The notes under the pieces were generated by a model. It was not told the origin of the DNA. It made no database searches and saw only the letters and a list, made by a program, of their open reading frames with translations. Shown here piece by piece: positions 50,083-63,152 of a stretch of DNA of 64,000 nt. This DNA is from Heptranchias perlo. Lineage: Eukaryota. Numbering within the stretch: position 1 is the first letter of the stretch; each line of letters opens with the position of its first letter. Location: the NCBI RefSeq assembly GCF_035084215.1, contig NC_090354.1, positions 10,664,001 to 10,728,000 of the forward strand. Reading direction: 5' to 3'. Made by a program: the position numbers and the translations under genes.

Positions 50083-51705
50083 TGTCTCTGCCTCTTCTAT
50101 TACTTCTCTCAAAACCGACTGATGTGAACTCCCAGTCTTCAGTCTCTGATCTGCTGCAGCACTCAGAACACACGCCTTATATATTCTACTCCCAGAAATC
50201 CAGACACTTCCAGAATTTGCGAAACTTTACTGGGTTTATGACAGGTGAGCAGAAAATGACTGACGTCTCATCTCTGCCTTGCTTTAAAGAAGAATGACTC
50301 GGCTCAGTGACACCCTCTGGTGCAATTCCAGAGACTGCTGGAAGCTTCTGACATTTGACATCACAGCTGGGCGGAGCAAATGATTGACAGCCCAGCAGAA
50401 GGACGAGACTGTGGAGAAAAGTTGTGTTTGATCAGAAGTGTTCAACTTAATGAAATCTAAACTAACATTTTGAGATAATGAACAGTCAGTGGCTTTCTAG
50501 ATCTGCTATTTTCATTCATTTTCAAAAGATTAAAGTGATATTTATCAACAGCAGAGCAGAGGGATCGAAAGAGTGAATTTCATATCAGTTTGATTTAAAT
50601 TATGTGAAGTTCTGATTCTATCCCATTCAGGTTCATTAGTTGCCTTGTTTTTTGTTTCATTTGCCACTGTCCGTTTCTATGGTAATGTGTTGCTATCCAG
50701 TTTTCCAAGATGATGGAGTGATGGCCTTTACATTCCTAGATTCTGGGGAGATATTCCACATACGATATTTTGTAGTCAGAAATAAAACAATTCGATAATG
50801 TTTAAAAATCTCTCCTCATGATAAATGATGCGTTATTAATAGAAAATTCAGCTAAACACTGACTCCAAGACAGACTAATGTTTAACCAGATGTGCGCATG
50901 AAGAGATTTATTTTCAAGGGGATGCACCACTCAGTGGAGATCCTCAGGTTGCTGAATTCCCTCTCAGACAGCTGTTAATGTACCTAATTCCCTAGTTTTC
51001 CTCTTCCAAGTGTAATTCTTTGTTCTGTGGCTGGTTTTAATTTTGATTCTGGATCTCTTATTCATGTTTCGTCCTCTCCCCACCCCCACCCCGCCACCAA
51101 AGTCCTTAAAATTTTTGTTTGTAAGTTAGCTTTTGTTCGGAAAGTGAAAATATATGTCGATTCCCTCTTGTTACGCGGCTATAACAACACAAATACCCGT
51201 TTTCTTGAACAAGTTTCAATAAGATCTGTTGTCAAGGACAATGGAGAACTCCATGCCTAAATCACTTCCTGGTTATGTCACTCTATGATTTTTCATTGGG
51301 AGACAAAGATACTGAGAATTCAGCTGAACCATTGTAACAAACTGAAAATTTAACAAAAATGAGGCTCTATTCCTATTATATCAAATAAATTCATCTGAGC
51401 AGAGCTCCAGGTAGGCTCCGCCTACCTGGAATGGGTAGGAATATGTTAGTACACACTGGAAGTTTCTCAATTTGTGCCACTGTGTCATTGGGCAGAGTCA
51501 TTCTTGTTTAAAGCAAGGCTGAGGTGGAGTAATTATTTTCTGCTGACATGACATGAAGTCAGCAATCTTCATTCTGGAAGTGTCTGGAATGCTGGCATTT
51601 GAATATATAAAGCGTGTGATCTGAGTGCAGCAGCAGACCAGAGACTGAAGACTGGGAGTTCACATCAGTCGGGTTTTGAGAGAAGTGATAGAAGAGGCAG
51701 AGAAA

Positions 51706-52359
51706 ATGCTGAGCTGTCGGGCTTTCCACCCTAAACATCTGTGCCAGCTGCCTGGGCTCACGCTGAGACCTGTTCCACACAGTGTCTTTGAACTGCTCAA
51801 AGACAACATGTGGAAGCCAGTGGAAGAAGCGAGGAAGACCATGGATTGGGTCCATGAGCAGCTCTTAAGAGAATTGTTGGAGGAAAGATCAAAAAATCAG
51901 GACAACAGACCTGATGACTATGAAGAAAGTAAAACACAATCAGAGGGCCAGGATAGAGATGGCTTTTCTCTGTCCCTGGATGTCCAGCGATTCGCCCCAG
52001 AAGAACTGATGGTGAAAGTACTTGGAAGAAAAGTGCTGGTTACAGGAAAACATGAGACGAAAAGTGATGATGGGAGCGGCTGTTACAGCTACAACTATGA
52101 AGAGCTCAGGAGAGAATTTCAGCTGCCAGAAGATGTCGATGCTCAAGCACTTAACTGCTGTTTGTCACAGGACGGTCAGTTAAAGGTTCAAGCCCCACGC
52201 CTGGCACTACCAGCTGTGAATGAACAAACCGTCCCCAGCAACATCACCTCTGATACAACAATCACTCCCCGACCAAATTCTGGCAAAGAGCCACAGAGAC
52301 AGAACAGTGGAAAGCATGAGGGAAACAAGAAAGAGGCCGAAACAAAAAAGGACTTTTAA
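51706..52359 (+). CDS. hsp30: HSP30/HSPB9-like, copy 7 (217 aa, only intact subtype II in the window)
   Basis: Intact ORF MLSCRAFHPKHLCQLPGLTLRPVPHSVFELLKDNMWKP...KKDF*; own HSE/TATA; AATAAA at ~52555. Confidence 0.9.
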   Translation: MLSCRAFHPKHLCQLPGLTLRPVPHSVFELLKDNMWKPVEEARKTMDWVHEQLLRELLEERSKNQDNRPDDYEESKTQSEGQDRDGFSLSLDVQRFAPEELMVKVLGRKVLVTGKHETKSDDGSGCYSYNYEELRREFQLPEDVDAQALNCCLSQDGQLKVQAPRLALPAVNEQTVPSNITSDTTITPRPNSGKEPQRQNSGKHEGNKKEAETKKDF

Positions 52360-53574
52360 GTGACCGGTTGCAGTGGCATTTACAGTGATGTTTTGTATGA
52401 TGAAAGAATAATTGAATAGAGAGAGACTTGAGTTTCTGAGACAGTGTAATGAATTCATGATTAATTCTTGACTTCATCCTGTATGTCTGAAATTGTTCAT
52501 TGTCCCGTTATTTGTTTTCAAGTGGATTATTTATATCTGTATATGCATTGGAACAATAAACATTTTGGAACAGTAATGTCCATGATTCAACTTGTTAACT
52601 TTATCAAAAAATATATATTTCACAATTCAATAACTGCACATTTACTCCCTTTCACTCTCAGTAAAGACACTTCTTTTAATCTGGGGTGAATTTCAAAGCA
52701 GAAAAGGGTTTCTCATGGAAAGATCTGCTTCAAAGTGAACTCAGTCCAGTATAAATGTCAAACATGTCACAGACCCAGTGCACCAATAACCGAAAGGTAT
52801 CCAGAGGTATTCCCTGCAGTCTCACAATGACCAGCAATAATCAGCTTGTCTTCCAACAGAGGCACCAAACTGCATACCATTCATTTAGTGGATGGTCGAA
52901 ACACGTTACCTGTTATCTGTTCAGTATAAAAAACTTGCGAGTATGAGATTTTGGGAGGGAAAAGCAAAGTTACTTGCACCGTAAGCAAGTTTTATGAAGT
53001 TTCAGCTAAATAGTAGTATTATAAATCCTATACCCTTGAGGCACGTATCTTTCAGTATCAGTAAGGTGTGTAATATTTCTGGCCGTGTCAGTCAGCGGTT
53101 ATATTCTTTCAGTAAATTTACTGTGTTACAGCAACGGACACACTGCTTGTGTTTAGGCTCTTGCAGGACAGCGGGAAACATCAGCGAACGTATGGCAGGT
53201 CCCAGACTACACGTGACCAATGTCACAACAGATCTAGTCGTAAATTATTAAATGGAGTGCAAAATGTAAACTCTGAATATAAACTTAGAGTAAACCTGGA
53301 ATATATTTAATTGTTAGGTTATCCAAATACAGCAGGGAATAAAGATTCAGGTTGCAGTTCATAGGAGACTCGGTGTGTTATGGAAAGTGTCATCTCGTCG
53401 TTTACCAAGTTATGATGTTGGGAACTTTACATCAACATGTAGGGCCATCATTGTTACTAATTTAATATCAGAATACATTAGAAACTTTAAAAATTGCTTC
53501 ATGTTATCAGTAAACCCAATTATATTCATGCTGTTAGTTCTATTTAATGCAAAACAAGTCTATTCCCTGAACTA

Positions 53575-54007
53575 GGTGGCAGTCTTGGCCCAGTGCTGGC
53601 ACGCTCACCTCTGAGCCAGAAGCTGTTGGGTTCAAGCTCCATTCCATAGGCCTGAGGACATCATTTCGGCTGACAATTCAGTGTGGGAATGCTGCACTCC
53701 AGGAGGTGCCGTCTTTCAGATGGGACATTAAACTCAAGACCCATCTGCCCACTTAGGAGGAAGTAAAAGATCCCATTACACTCTTCAGAATTCTGAGAGA
53801 TTCCTGAGCAACAGCCAATGCCACCAAAAACACATTATCTGGTCATTAATCACGTGTTTGTGGGACCGTGCTCTTTGCAAAATTCACTGCTGCATTTGGC
53901 TACATTGCAACAATAACTGCAGTTCAATGAATACTTAATTGGTTATGAAGCACTTTGGAATGTCCTGAGCAAGCGAAAGGTGCTATATCAATGTAAATTC
54001 TTTCTTT
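53575..54007 (+). mobile_element. Deu-domain tRNA SINE (duplicated copy)
   Basis: Near-identical to 38894-39326. Confidence 0.75.
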
Positions 54008-54472
54008 ATAAACAGAAATAATATATTTTTGAAAATAAAGAATCTGCCATCCGTTTAGAAAGAAATCACAAAAAACCTGGTCAATTATGTATTTTGATAT
54101 ATGAAATGTGCAAATACAGCAAATTAATGTGATAAATTACTGATAAATATAAAATCATACAGCACAGAAGGAGGCCATTTGGCCCATCATGCCTGTACCG
54201 ACTCTTTGAAAGAATTATCCCACTCCTCTGCTCTTTCCCCACAGCCCTGCAATTTGTTCCTTTTTAAGGACATATCCAATTCCAATTTTGAAATTTACCA
54301 TTGAATCTGCTTCCACCACCCTTTCAGGCTGTGCGGTCCAGATCATAAGAACAGATAATTACTGGCTGAGTAATTTTTGTCTTCCTTCTTTTGTCAATAA
54401 TCTCAAATATGTGTCCTCTGGTTACCAACCCTCCTGCCAGTGGAAACAGTTTCTCCTTATTTACTCAATCAA

Positions 54473-55050
54473 CAGAATCATAGAATGGTTACAACGCTGA
54501 AGGAGGCCATTTGGCTCATTGAGCCCGTGCTGGCTCTCTGGAAGAGCAATCCAGCTAGACCTCATCCCCCGCCCTATCCCTGTACCCCTGCAAACTTTTT
54601 TCCTTTTATCCAATTCCCTTTTGAAAGCCATGATTGAATCCGCCTCCACCACCCTTTCAGGCAGCGCATTCCAGATCATAACCACTCACTGCAAAAAAAG
54701 TTTTCCCTCATGTTGCCTTTGGTTCTTCAGCCAATTACCTTAAATTTGTGTCATTTGGTTCTCGACCCTTCTGCCAATGGGAACAGCTTCTCCCTACCGA
54801 CCCTGACTAAACCCCTCAAACCGTCTCTGCTCCAAGGAGAACAACCCTAGCTTCTCCAATCTATCCATGTAACTGAAGTCCCTGATCCCTGGAACCGTTC
54901 TAATAAATCTCTTCTGCACCCTCTCCAAGGCCTTCACATCCTTCCTAAAGTGCGGTGCCCTGAACTGGACACAATACTTCAGTTGTGGCCGAACCAGTGT
55001 TTTATAAAGGTTCATCATAACTTCCTTGCTTTTGATCACTATGCCTCATA
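54473..55050 (-). mobile_element. Younger CR1 3' fragment nested inside the older CR1 fragment
   Basis: Starts with tail AGAATCATAGAAT right after TTACTCAATCAA, where other units read through; encodes YKTLVRPQLKYCVQF..PHFRKDVKALERVQKRF. Confidence 0.8.
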
Positions 55051-55828
55051 ATACTCCGAATAATTTTGGACACCACTATTAAATCTCCCTTTAACCGTCT
55101 CTGCTCAACGGAGAAAATCCCAGCTTCTCTAGTTTCTCCACGAAACTGAAGTCCCTGATCCCTGACATAATTCTGCTAAATCTCCTCTACACCCTCTCCA
55201 AAGCTTGTAAGAATATGAGAAAAGACAAAGTGGATTCAGTAAGATAAAAGGCTCACGGGATTTTTTTTCAAAAAAGTTATCTAACAATTGAAAATTTTGT
55301 GACCCAAACATCTGGAATTGTAATTGTTTATGTCCCAGGTACTGCATGGTACACAGCTACATGACTGACTAAGACAATACTTGTGGACACCCTGATTGAA
55401 CCCTTCACTCTTTTTAAATCACTCTGAACTCTGACAAGAGCCTGGAGTGGGATTTGGAGATATGCAACTATTTCAATATTTTAAAATTGTACTTTTTAAA
55501 ATGATGAAACACCAATTCAGAGATTTGTACTTTATTACCACAATATACAAATTAAAATACAATAATTGTATTCAAGAAAAAATTTTCAGAATGAAAACAA
55601 TGTTTCACTATCTCAGATTATAATTATTAAAATGAGGAAACACCAATTCAGAGATTTGTACTTTATTACCACAATATACAAATTAAAATACAAAGAAAAT
55701 ATTTTTCAGATGTACAGATTTGAAAAAATGTTTCACTATCTCAGTTTCACACGAATTTACTTCAAGCTCATTTCCACCAGTATACAATTGCTCTGTGATG
55801 TACAGCAAAAGTTCACTGCAAACAAATG

Positions 55829-56482
55829 TCAACAGTCCTCCTTTATTTCAGCCTCTGTCTTGTTCTCGCCACTCTCCTGTGTCTGTGCTTCTACGCCAGG
55901 ATTTAGCCGGGGAGTGGTTGTTGTATCAGAGGTGATGTTGATGGGAACGGTTTGTTCATTCACAGCTGGCAGTGCCAGGCGTGGGGCTTGAACCTTTAAC
56001 CGACCGTCCTGTGACAAACAGCAGTTAAGTGCTTGAGCATCGACATCTTCTGGCAGCTGAAATTCTCTCCTGAACTCTTCATATTTGTAGCTGTAACAGC
56101 CGCTCCCATCATCACTTTTCTTCTCATGTTTTCCTGTCACCAGCACTTTTCTTCCAAGTACTTTCACCTTCAGTTCTTCTGGGGAGAATCGCTGGGCATC
56201 CAGGGACAGAGAAAAGTCATCTCCATCCTTGTCCTCGGATTCTCTTTTATCTCCTTCATTGTCATCAGGTTTGTTGTCCTGATTTCTTGGACTTTCCTCC
56301 CAAAATTCTTTGGTGAGCTCCTCAAGAACTCGATTCAGGAAGTTCATGCTCTTTCTCGCTTCTTCCACCTGTTGCCGCCTGTTGCATTCAAATGGCTCAA
56401 AGACTGTGTGTGGAACAGGCCACAATGTGCACACAGGCTGCTGGCACAGATGTGAAGCGTGGAAAGCCCGACAGCTCAGCAT
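55829..56482 (-). CDS. hsp30: HSP30/HSPB9-like, copy 8 (217 aa, subtype I)
   Basis: Intact ORF, alpha-crystallin domain, HSE/TATA at ~56577-56615. Confidence 0.9.
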   Translation of the reverse strand: MLSCRAFHASHLCQQPVCTLWPVPHTVFEPFECNRRQQVEEARKSMNFLNRVLEELTKEFWEESPRNQDNKPDDNEGDKRESEDKDGDDFSLSLDAQRFSPEELKVKVLGRKVLVTGKHEKKSDDGSGCYSYKYEEFRREFQLPEDVDAQALNCCLSQDGRLKVQAPRLALPAVNEQTVPINITSDTTTTPRLNPGVEAQTQESGENKTEAEIKEDC

Positions 56483-57548
56483 TCTCTCTGCCTCGTCTAT
56501 CACTTCTCTCAAACCCGACTGATGTGAACTCCCAGTCTTCAGTCTCTGATCTGCTGCAGCACTCAGAACACATGCCTTATATATTTTACTCCCAGAAATC
56601 CAGACACTTCCAGAATTTGCTAAACTTTACTGGGTTTATGACACGTGAGCAGAAAATAACTCACGTCTCATCTCTGCCTTGCTTTAACGAAGAATGACTC
56701 GGCTCAGTGACACCCTCTGGTGCAATTCCAGAGACTGCTGGAAGCTGCTGACATTTGACATCACAGCTGGGCGGAGCAAATGATTGACAGCCTAGCAGAA
56801 GGAAGAGACTGTGGAGTAAAGTTGTGTTTGATCAGAAGTGTTCAACTTCATGAAATCTAAACTAACATTTTGAGACAATGAACAGCCAGTGAGTGGCTTT
56901 TCAAAAGATTACAGTGATATTTAGCAACAGCAGAGCAGAGGGATCGAAAGAGTGAATTTCAGATTAGTTTGATTTAAATTATATGAAGTTCTGTTTCTAT
57001 CCCCTTCAGGTTTTGTTTCATTTGCCACACTGTGCGTCGCTATGGTAATGTGTTGCTATCCAGTTTTCCAAGATGATGGAGTGATGGCCTTTACATTCCT
57101 AGATTCTGGGGAGATATTCCACATTCAGTATTTTGTAGTCAGAAATGAAACAATTTGATAATGTTTAAAAACCTCTCCTCATGATAAATGACGTGTTATT
57201 ATAGAAAATTCAGCTAAACACTGACTCCAAGACAGAATAATGTTTATCCAGATGTGCGTATGAAGATATTTATTTTCAAGGGGATGCACCACTCAGTGGA
57301 GATCCCCAGCCTGTTGATTTCCATCTCTCAGACAGCTGTTAATGCCCCTAATTTCCTAGTTTTCCTCTTCCAAGTGTAATTCTTTGTGCTGTGGCTGGTT
57401 TTAAATTTGATGCTGTATCTCTATTCATGTTCACCCCCAACAACCCTCCCCCTCTCCACCAACACCACCACCACCTCATTGTCCAATGAATTCAAATTAT
57501 CTTTTTCTAAATTAGCTTTTGTTAGGAAAGTGAAAATATATCACAATT

Positions 57549-57697
57549 CCAGCTGTGAATGAACGAATCATCTCCAGCAACATCATCTCTGATACAACAA
57601 CCAGTCCCAGGCGAAATTCTGGCAAAAATCCACAGAAACAGGGCAGTGGAAAGGATGAGGGGACAAGAAAGAGGCTGAAGTAAAAAAGGACTTTTAA
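57549..57697 (+). pseudogene. 3'-only hsp30 remnant
   Basis: Same deletion junction as 42196 and 46673. Confidence 0.85.
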
Positions 57698-58752
57698 GAC
57701 TTATTTACAGCGACCTTTTGGATGATGAAAGAATAATTGAATACAGAGAGACAGGAGTTTCTGAGACAATGATATGAATACTGAAAATTAATTATTGTTT
57801 TTACGTTTATCCTTAACATCTTTAGTTAGCCATGGGTGGATCATTTTACCCCTGGAGTTTTTATTTCACAATGGAATGTATGTTCATTGAGAATTATGAA
57901 ATATTTCTTTAATTTTTTGCCACTGCTTATCTACTGTTACACCTTTTAATCTAATTTCCCAATCTACCTTAGCCATCTTGCCTCTCATACCTATGTAATT
58001 TGCTTTATTTAAGTTTAAGACTCTCGTTTCTCACTTATGTACGTCACTCTTCAACTTAACATGAAATTCTATCATACTATGATCACTCTTCCCCAGAGAA
58101 TCCCTTACTATGAGCTTACTAATTAACCATGTCTCATTACACAAGAAAAGATCTAAAATAGCCTGATCCCTGGTTGGTTCCAAGCCATCTTGTTCTCGGA
58201 AACTGTCTCAAATGCATCCGTATTTTTCAGTATCAGTAAGGTGATTAATATTTCTAGCAGTGTCAGTCAGCAGTTTTATTCTTTCAGTAAATTTACTGTA
58301 TTACTGCAAATGACATGCTGTTCAGGTTTTGGCTGCTGCAGGACAGCGGGAAATATCAGCAACCGTATCACAGGTCCCAGACTACACGTGAGCAATGCCA
58401 CAGGAGATCCAGTAGTAAAATATCAAATGGGGTTCAAAATGTAAACTCTGAATATGAACTTAAAGTAAACCTGGAATATATTTAACTGTTATGCAACCCA
58501 AATACAGCAGGGAATAAAGATTCAGGTTGCAGTTCATAGGAGACTCGGTGTGTTATGGAAACTGTCATGTAGCCATTTACCAAGTTATGGTGTTGGGAGC
58601 TTCACATCAACATTAATTGTCGGATCATCATTGTTTCTAATGCATTCTGATATTAAATTAATAACTTAAAAAATTGCCACGTTATCAGTAAACCCAATTA
58701 TATTCATGCTGCCAGTTCTATCCAATTCAAATGAGGTTTATTCCCTCAATTA

Positions 58753-59196
58753 GGTGACAGTCTTGGCGCAGTGCTCGCGCACTCACCTCAGAACCAGAAG
58801 GTGTTGGGTTCAAGACCCAGTCCATAGTCCTGAGCACATTATTTGGGCTGATAATTCAGTGTGGGAATGCTGCACTGTAGGGGCTGCCGTCTTTCAGGTG
58901 GGAGATTAAACTCAAGTCCCATCTGCTCCCTTGGGTGGAAGTAAAAGATCCCACGACCCTATTCAGACTTCTGACGGATTCCTGGGCAACATTTACCCCT
59001 CAGCCAATACCACCAAGAACAGATTATCTGGTCATTTATCACAGTGTGTTTGTGGGACCTTGCTCTGACAAAATTCACTGCAGCATTTGGCTACATTCCA
59101 ACAATAGCTGAATTTCAAAGTAACTCAATGTTTATGAAGCACTTTGGGATGACCCGAGCACGTTAAAGATGCTGTTTCAATGCAAATTCTTTCTTT
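58753..59196 (+). mobile_element. Deu-domain tRNA SINE (duplicated copy)
   Basis: Near-identical to 47877-48320. Confidence 0.75.
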
Positions 59197-60578
59197 ATAA
59201 ACAGAAATAATATATTTTAAAAAATGAATTAGTTGAAAATAAAGAAGCTGCTACCAGATTGGAAAGAAATTACAAAAGAATGTATTTTGATATATTAAAT
59301 TTGCAAATACAGCAAATTAATATAATAAATTACTGGTATAAAATCATACAGCACTGAAGGAAGCCATTCGGCCCATCATAACTGTGCCGGCTCTTTGAAA
59401 GAGATATCCCACTCCTCTGCTCTTTCTCCATAGCCCTGCAATTTTTTCCTATTAAGTGTGTATCCAATTCCAATTTTGAAATTTTGCATTGAATCTGCCT
59501 CCACCACCCTTTCAGGCAGTGCATTCCAGATCATAACCACTCGCTGCAAAAAAAGTTTTTCCTCATGTTGCCTTTGGTGCTTTAGCCAATTACCTTAAAT
59601 TTGTGTCCTCTGGTTCTCGACCCTTCTGCCAATGGGACCAGCTTCTCCCTACCTACTCTGTCTAGACCCCTCATGATTTTGAGCACCTCCATCAAATCTC
59701 CTCTCTACCTTCTCTGCTCCAAGGAGAACAACCCCAGCTTCTCCAGTCTATCCATGTTACTGAAGTCCCTGATCCCTCGAACCATTCTAGTGAATCTTTT
59801 CTGCACCTTCTCTAAGGCCTTCACATTCTTCCTAAAGTGCGCTGCCCTGAATTGGACACAATACTCCAGTTGTGGCCGAAGCAGTGATCATCATAACTTC
59901 CTTGCTTTTGATCTCTATGCCTCATAATACCCCTCATAATTTTGGACACCACTATTAAATCTCCCCTTAACCTTCCCTGCTGTAATGAGAACAATCCCAG
60001 CTTCTCTACTCTCTTCCATAACTGAAGTCCCTCATCCCCGATATCATTCTGGTAAATCTCCTCTGCACCCTCTCCAAAGCTTGTAAGAATATGAGAAAAT
60101 ACAAAGTGGATTCAGTAACATAAAAGGCTCACGGGAAGATTTTGTTAAAAAGGTTATCTAACAATTGAAAATTTCATGACCGAGACATCTGGAATTGGAA
60201 TTGTTTACCTCCCAGATACTGCATGGTACACAGCTACATGACTAACTCAGACAACACTTTTGGACACACTGATTGAACCCTTCACTTTTTTTAAATCACC
60301 CTGAACTCTGACAAGAGCCTGGAGTGGGATTTGGAGATATGCGACTATTTCAATATTTTAAAATTTTACTTCTTAAAATGAAGAAACACCAATTCAGAGA
60401 TTTGTACTTTATTACCACAATATACAAATTAAAATACGATAATTGTATTCAAGAAAAGATTTTACAGAATGAAAACAATGATTCACATTCTCAGTTTGAC
60501 ACGAATTTACATGAAGCTCATTTCCACCAATATACAATTGCTCTGTGATGTACAGCAAAAGTTCATTGCAAACAAATG

Positions 60579-61232
60579 TCAACAGTCCTCCTTTATTTCA
60601 GCCTCTGTCTTGTTCTCGCCACTCTCCTGTTTGTGTGTTTCTACACCACGATTTAGCCGGGGAGTGGTTGTTGTATCAGAGGTGATGTTGATGGGAACGG
60701 TTCGTTCATTCACAGCTGGCAGTGCCAGGCGTGGGGCTTGAACCTTTAACCGACCGTCCTGTGACAAACAGCAGTTAAGTGCTTGAGGATCGACATCTTC
60801 TGGCAGCTGAAATTCTCTCCTGAACTCTTCATATTTGTAGCTGTAACAGCCGCTCCCATCATCACTTTTCGTCTCATGTTTTCCTGTCACCAGCACTTTT
60901 CTTCCAAGTACTTTCACCTTCAGTTCTTCTGGGGAGAATCGCTGGACATCCAGAGACAGAGAAAAGTCATCACCATCCTTTTCCTTGGATTTTCTTTTAT
61001 CTCCGTCATTGTCATCAGGTTTGTTGTTCTGATTTCTTGACCTTTCCTCCCGAAATTCTTTGGCGAGCTCCACAAGAACTTGATTCAGGAAGTTCATGCT
61101 CTTTCTTGCTTCTTCCACCTGTTGCCACCTGTTGCATTCAAACGGCTCAAGGACTGTGTGTGGAACAGGCCACAATGTGTGCACAGGCTGCTGGCACAGA
61201 CGTGAAGCGTGGAAAGCCCGACAGCTCAGCAT
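60579..61232 (-). CDS. hsp30: HSP30/HSPB9-like, copy 9 (217 aa, subtype I)
   Basis: Intact ORF from ATG 61232; HSE/TATA at ~61327-61365 (proximal HSE slightly more mutated). Confidence 0.9.
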   Translation of the reverse strand: MLSCRAFHASRLCQQPVHTLWPVPHTVLEPFECNRWQQVEEARKSMNFLNQVLVELAKEFREERSRNQNNKPDDNDGDKRKSKEKDGDDFSLSLDVQRFSPEELKVKVLGRKVLVTGKHETKSDDGSGCYSYKYEEFRREFQLPEDVDPQALNCCLSQDGRLKVQAPRLALPAVNERTVPINITSDTTTTPRLNRGVETHKQESGENKTEAEIKEDC

Positions 61233-62331
61233 TGTCTCTGCCTCTTCTATCACTTCTCTCAAACCCGACTGATGTGAACTCCCAGTCTTCAGTCTCCGAT
61301 CTGCTGCAGCACTCAGAACACATGCCTTATATATTCTACTCACAAAAACCCAGACACTTCCAGAATTTGCTAAACTTTACTGGGTTTATGACATGTGAGC
61401 AGAAAATAACTGACGTCTCATCTCTCCCTTGCTTTCAAGAAGAATGACTCGGCTCAGTGACACCCTCTGGTGCAATTCCAGAGACTGCTGGAAGGCACTG
61501 ACAAGGTGACATCACAGCTGGGCGGAGCAAATGATTGACAGCCCAGCAGAAGGAAGAGACTGTGGAGCAAAGTTGTGTTTGATCAGAAGTGTTCAACTTA
61601 ATGAAATCTAAACTAACATTTTGAGAGAATGAACAGCCAGTGGCTTTCTAGATCCGCTATTTTCATTCATTTTCAAAAGATTAAAGTGATATTTAGCAAC
61701 AGCAGAGCAGAGGGATCGGAAGAGTGAATTTCAGATCAGTTTGATTTAAATTATGTGAAGTTCTGATTCTATCCCATTCAGGTTCATTAGTTGCCTTGTT
61801 TTTCTTTCATTTGCCATTGTCCGTTGCTATGGTAATGTGTTGCTATCCAGTTTTCCAAGATGATGGAGTGATGGCCTTTACATTCCTAGATTCTGGGGAG
61901 ATATTCTACATACAGTATTTTGTAGTCAGAAATAAAACAATTTGATAATGTTTAAAAATCTCTCCTCATGATAAATGACGTGTTATTATAGAAAATTCAG
62001 CTAAACATTGACTCCAAGACAGACTAATGTTTATCCAGATGTGCGTATGAAGATATTTATTTTCAAGGGGATGCACCACTCAGTGGAGGTCCCCAGCCTG
62101 TTGATTTCCTTCAGCCAGACAGCTGCTCGTGCACCTAATTCCATTGTTTTCCTCTTCCAAGTGTAATTCTTTGTGCTGTGGGTGGGTTTAAATTTGATGC
62201 TGTATCTCTATTCATGTTCACCCCCAACAACCGTCCCCCCACCATCACCACCACCACCTCATTGTCCAATGTCTTCAAATTTTCTTTTTCTAAATTAGCT
62301 TTTGTTCAGAAAGTGAAAATATATCACAATT

Positions 62332-62383
62332 CCAGCTGTGAATGAACGAATCATCTCCAGCAACATCATTTCTGATACAACAA
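62332..62383 (+). pseudogene. Further-truncated hsp30 3' remnant (~50 bp)
   Basis: Same 5' junction, then a second deletion joins ...GATACAACAA to TGGGGTTCAAAATG. Confidence 0.75.
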
Positions 62384-62708
62384 TGGGGTTCAAAATGTAA
62401 ACTCTGAATATGAACTTAAAGTAAACCTGGAATATATTTAACTGTTATGCAACCCAAATACAGCAGGGAATAAAGATTCAGGTTGCAGTTCATAGGAGAC
62501 TCGGTGTGTTATGGAAACTGTCATGTAGCCATTTACCAAGTTATGGTGTTGGGAGCTTCACATCAACATTAATTGTCGGATCATCATTGTTTCTAATGCA
62601 TTCTGATAGTAAATTAGTAACTTAAAAAATTGCCACGTTATCAGTAAATCCAATTATATTCTCGCCGTCAGTCCTATTCAATGCAAAGGAAGTTTATTCC
62701 CTAAATTA

Positions 62709-63152
62709 GGTGACAGTCTTGGCGCAGTGCTCGCACACTCACCTCAGAACCAGAAGGTGTTGGGTTCAAGACCCAGCCCATAGTCCTGAGCACATTATTT
62801 GGGCTGATAATTCAGTGTGGGAATGCTGCACTGTAGGGGCTGCCGTCTTTCAGGTGGGAGATTAAACTCAAGTCCCATCTGCTCCCTTGGGTGGAAGTAA
62901 AAGATCCCACTACCCTATTCAGAGTTCTGACGGATTCCTGGGCAACATTTACCCCTCAGCCAATACCACCAAGAACAGATTATCTGGTCATTTATCACAG
63001 TGTGTTTGTGGGACCTTGCTCTGACAAAATTCACTGCAGCATTTGGCTACTTTGCAACAATAACTGAATTTCAAAGTAATTAAATATTTATGAAGCACTT
63101 TGGGATGACCTGAGCACATTAAAGATGCCGTTTCAATGCAAATTCTTTCTTT
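62709..63152 (+). mobile_element. Deu-domain tRNA SINE (duplicated copy)
   Basis: Near-identical to 43399-43842. Confidence 0.75.
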
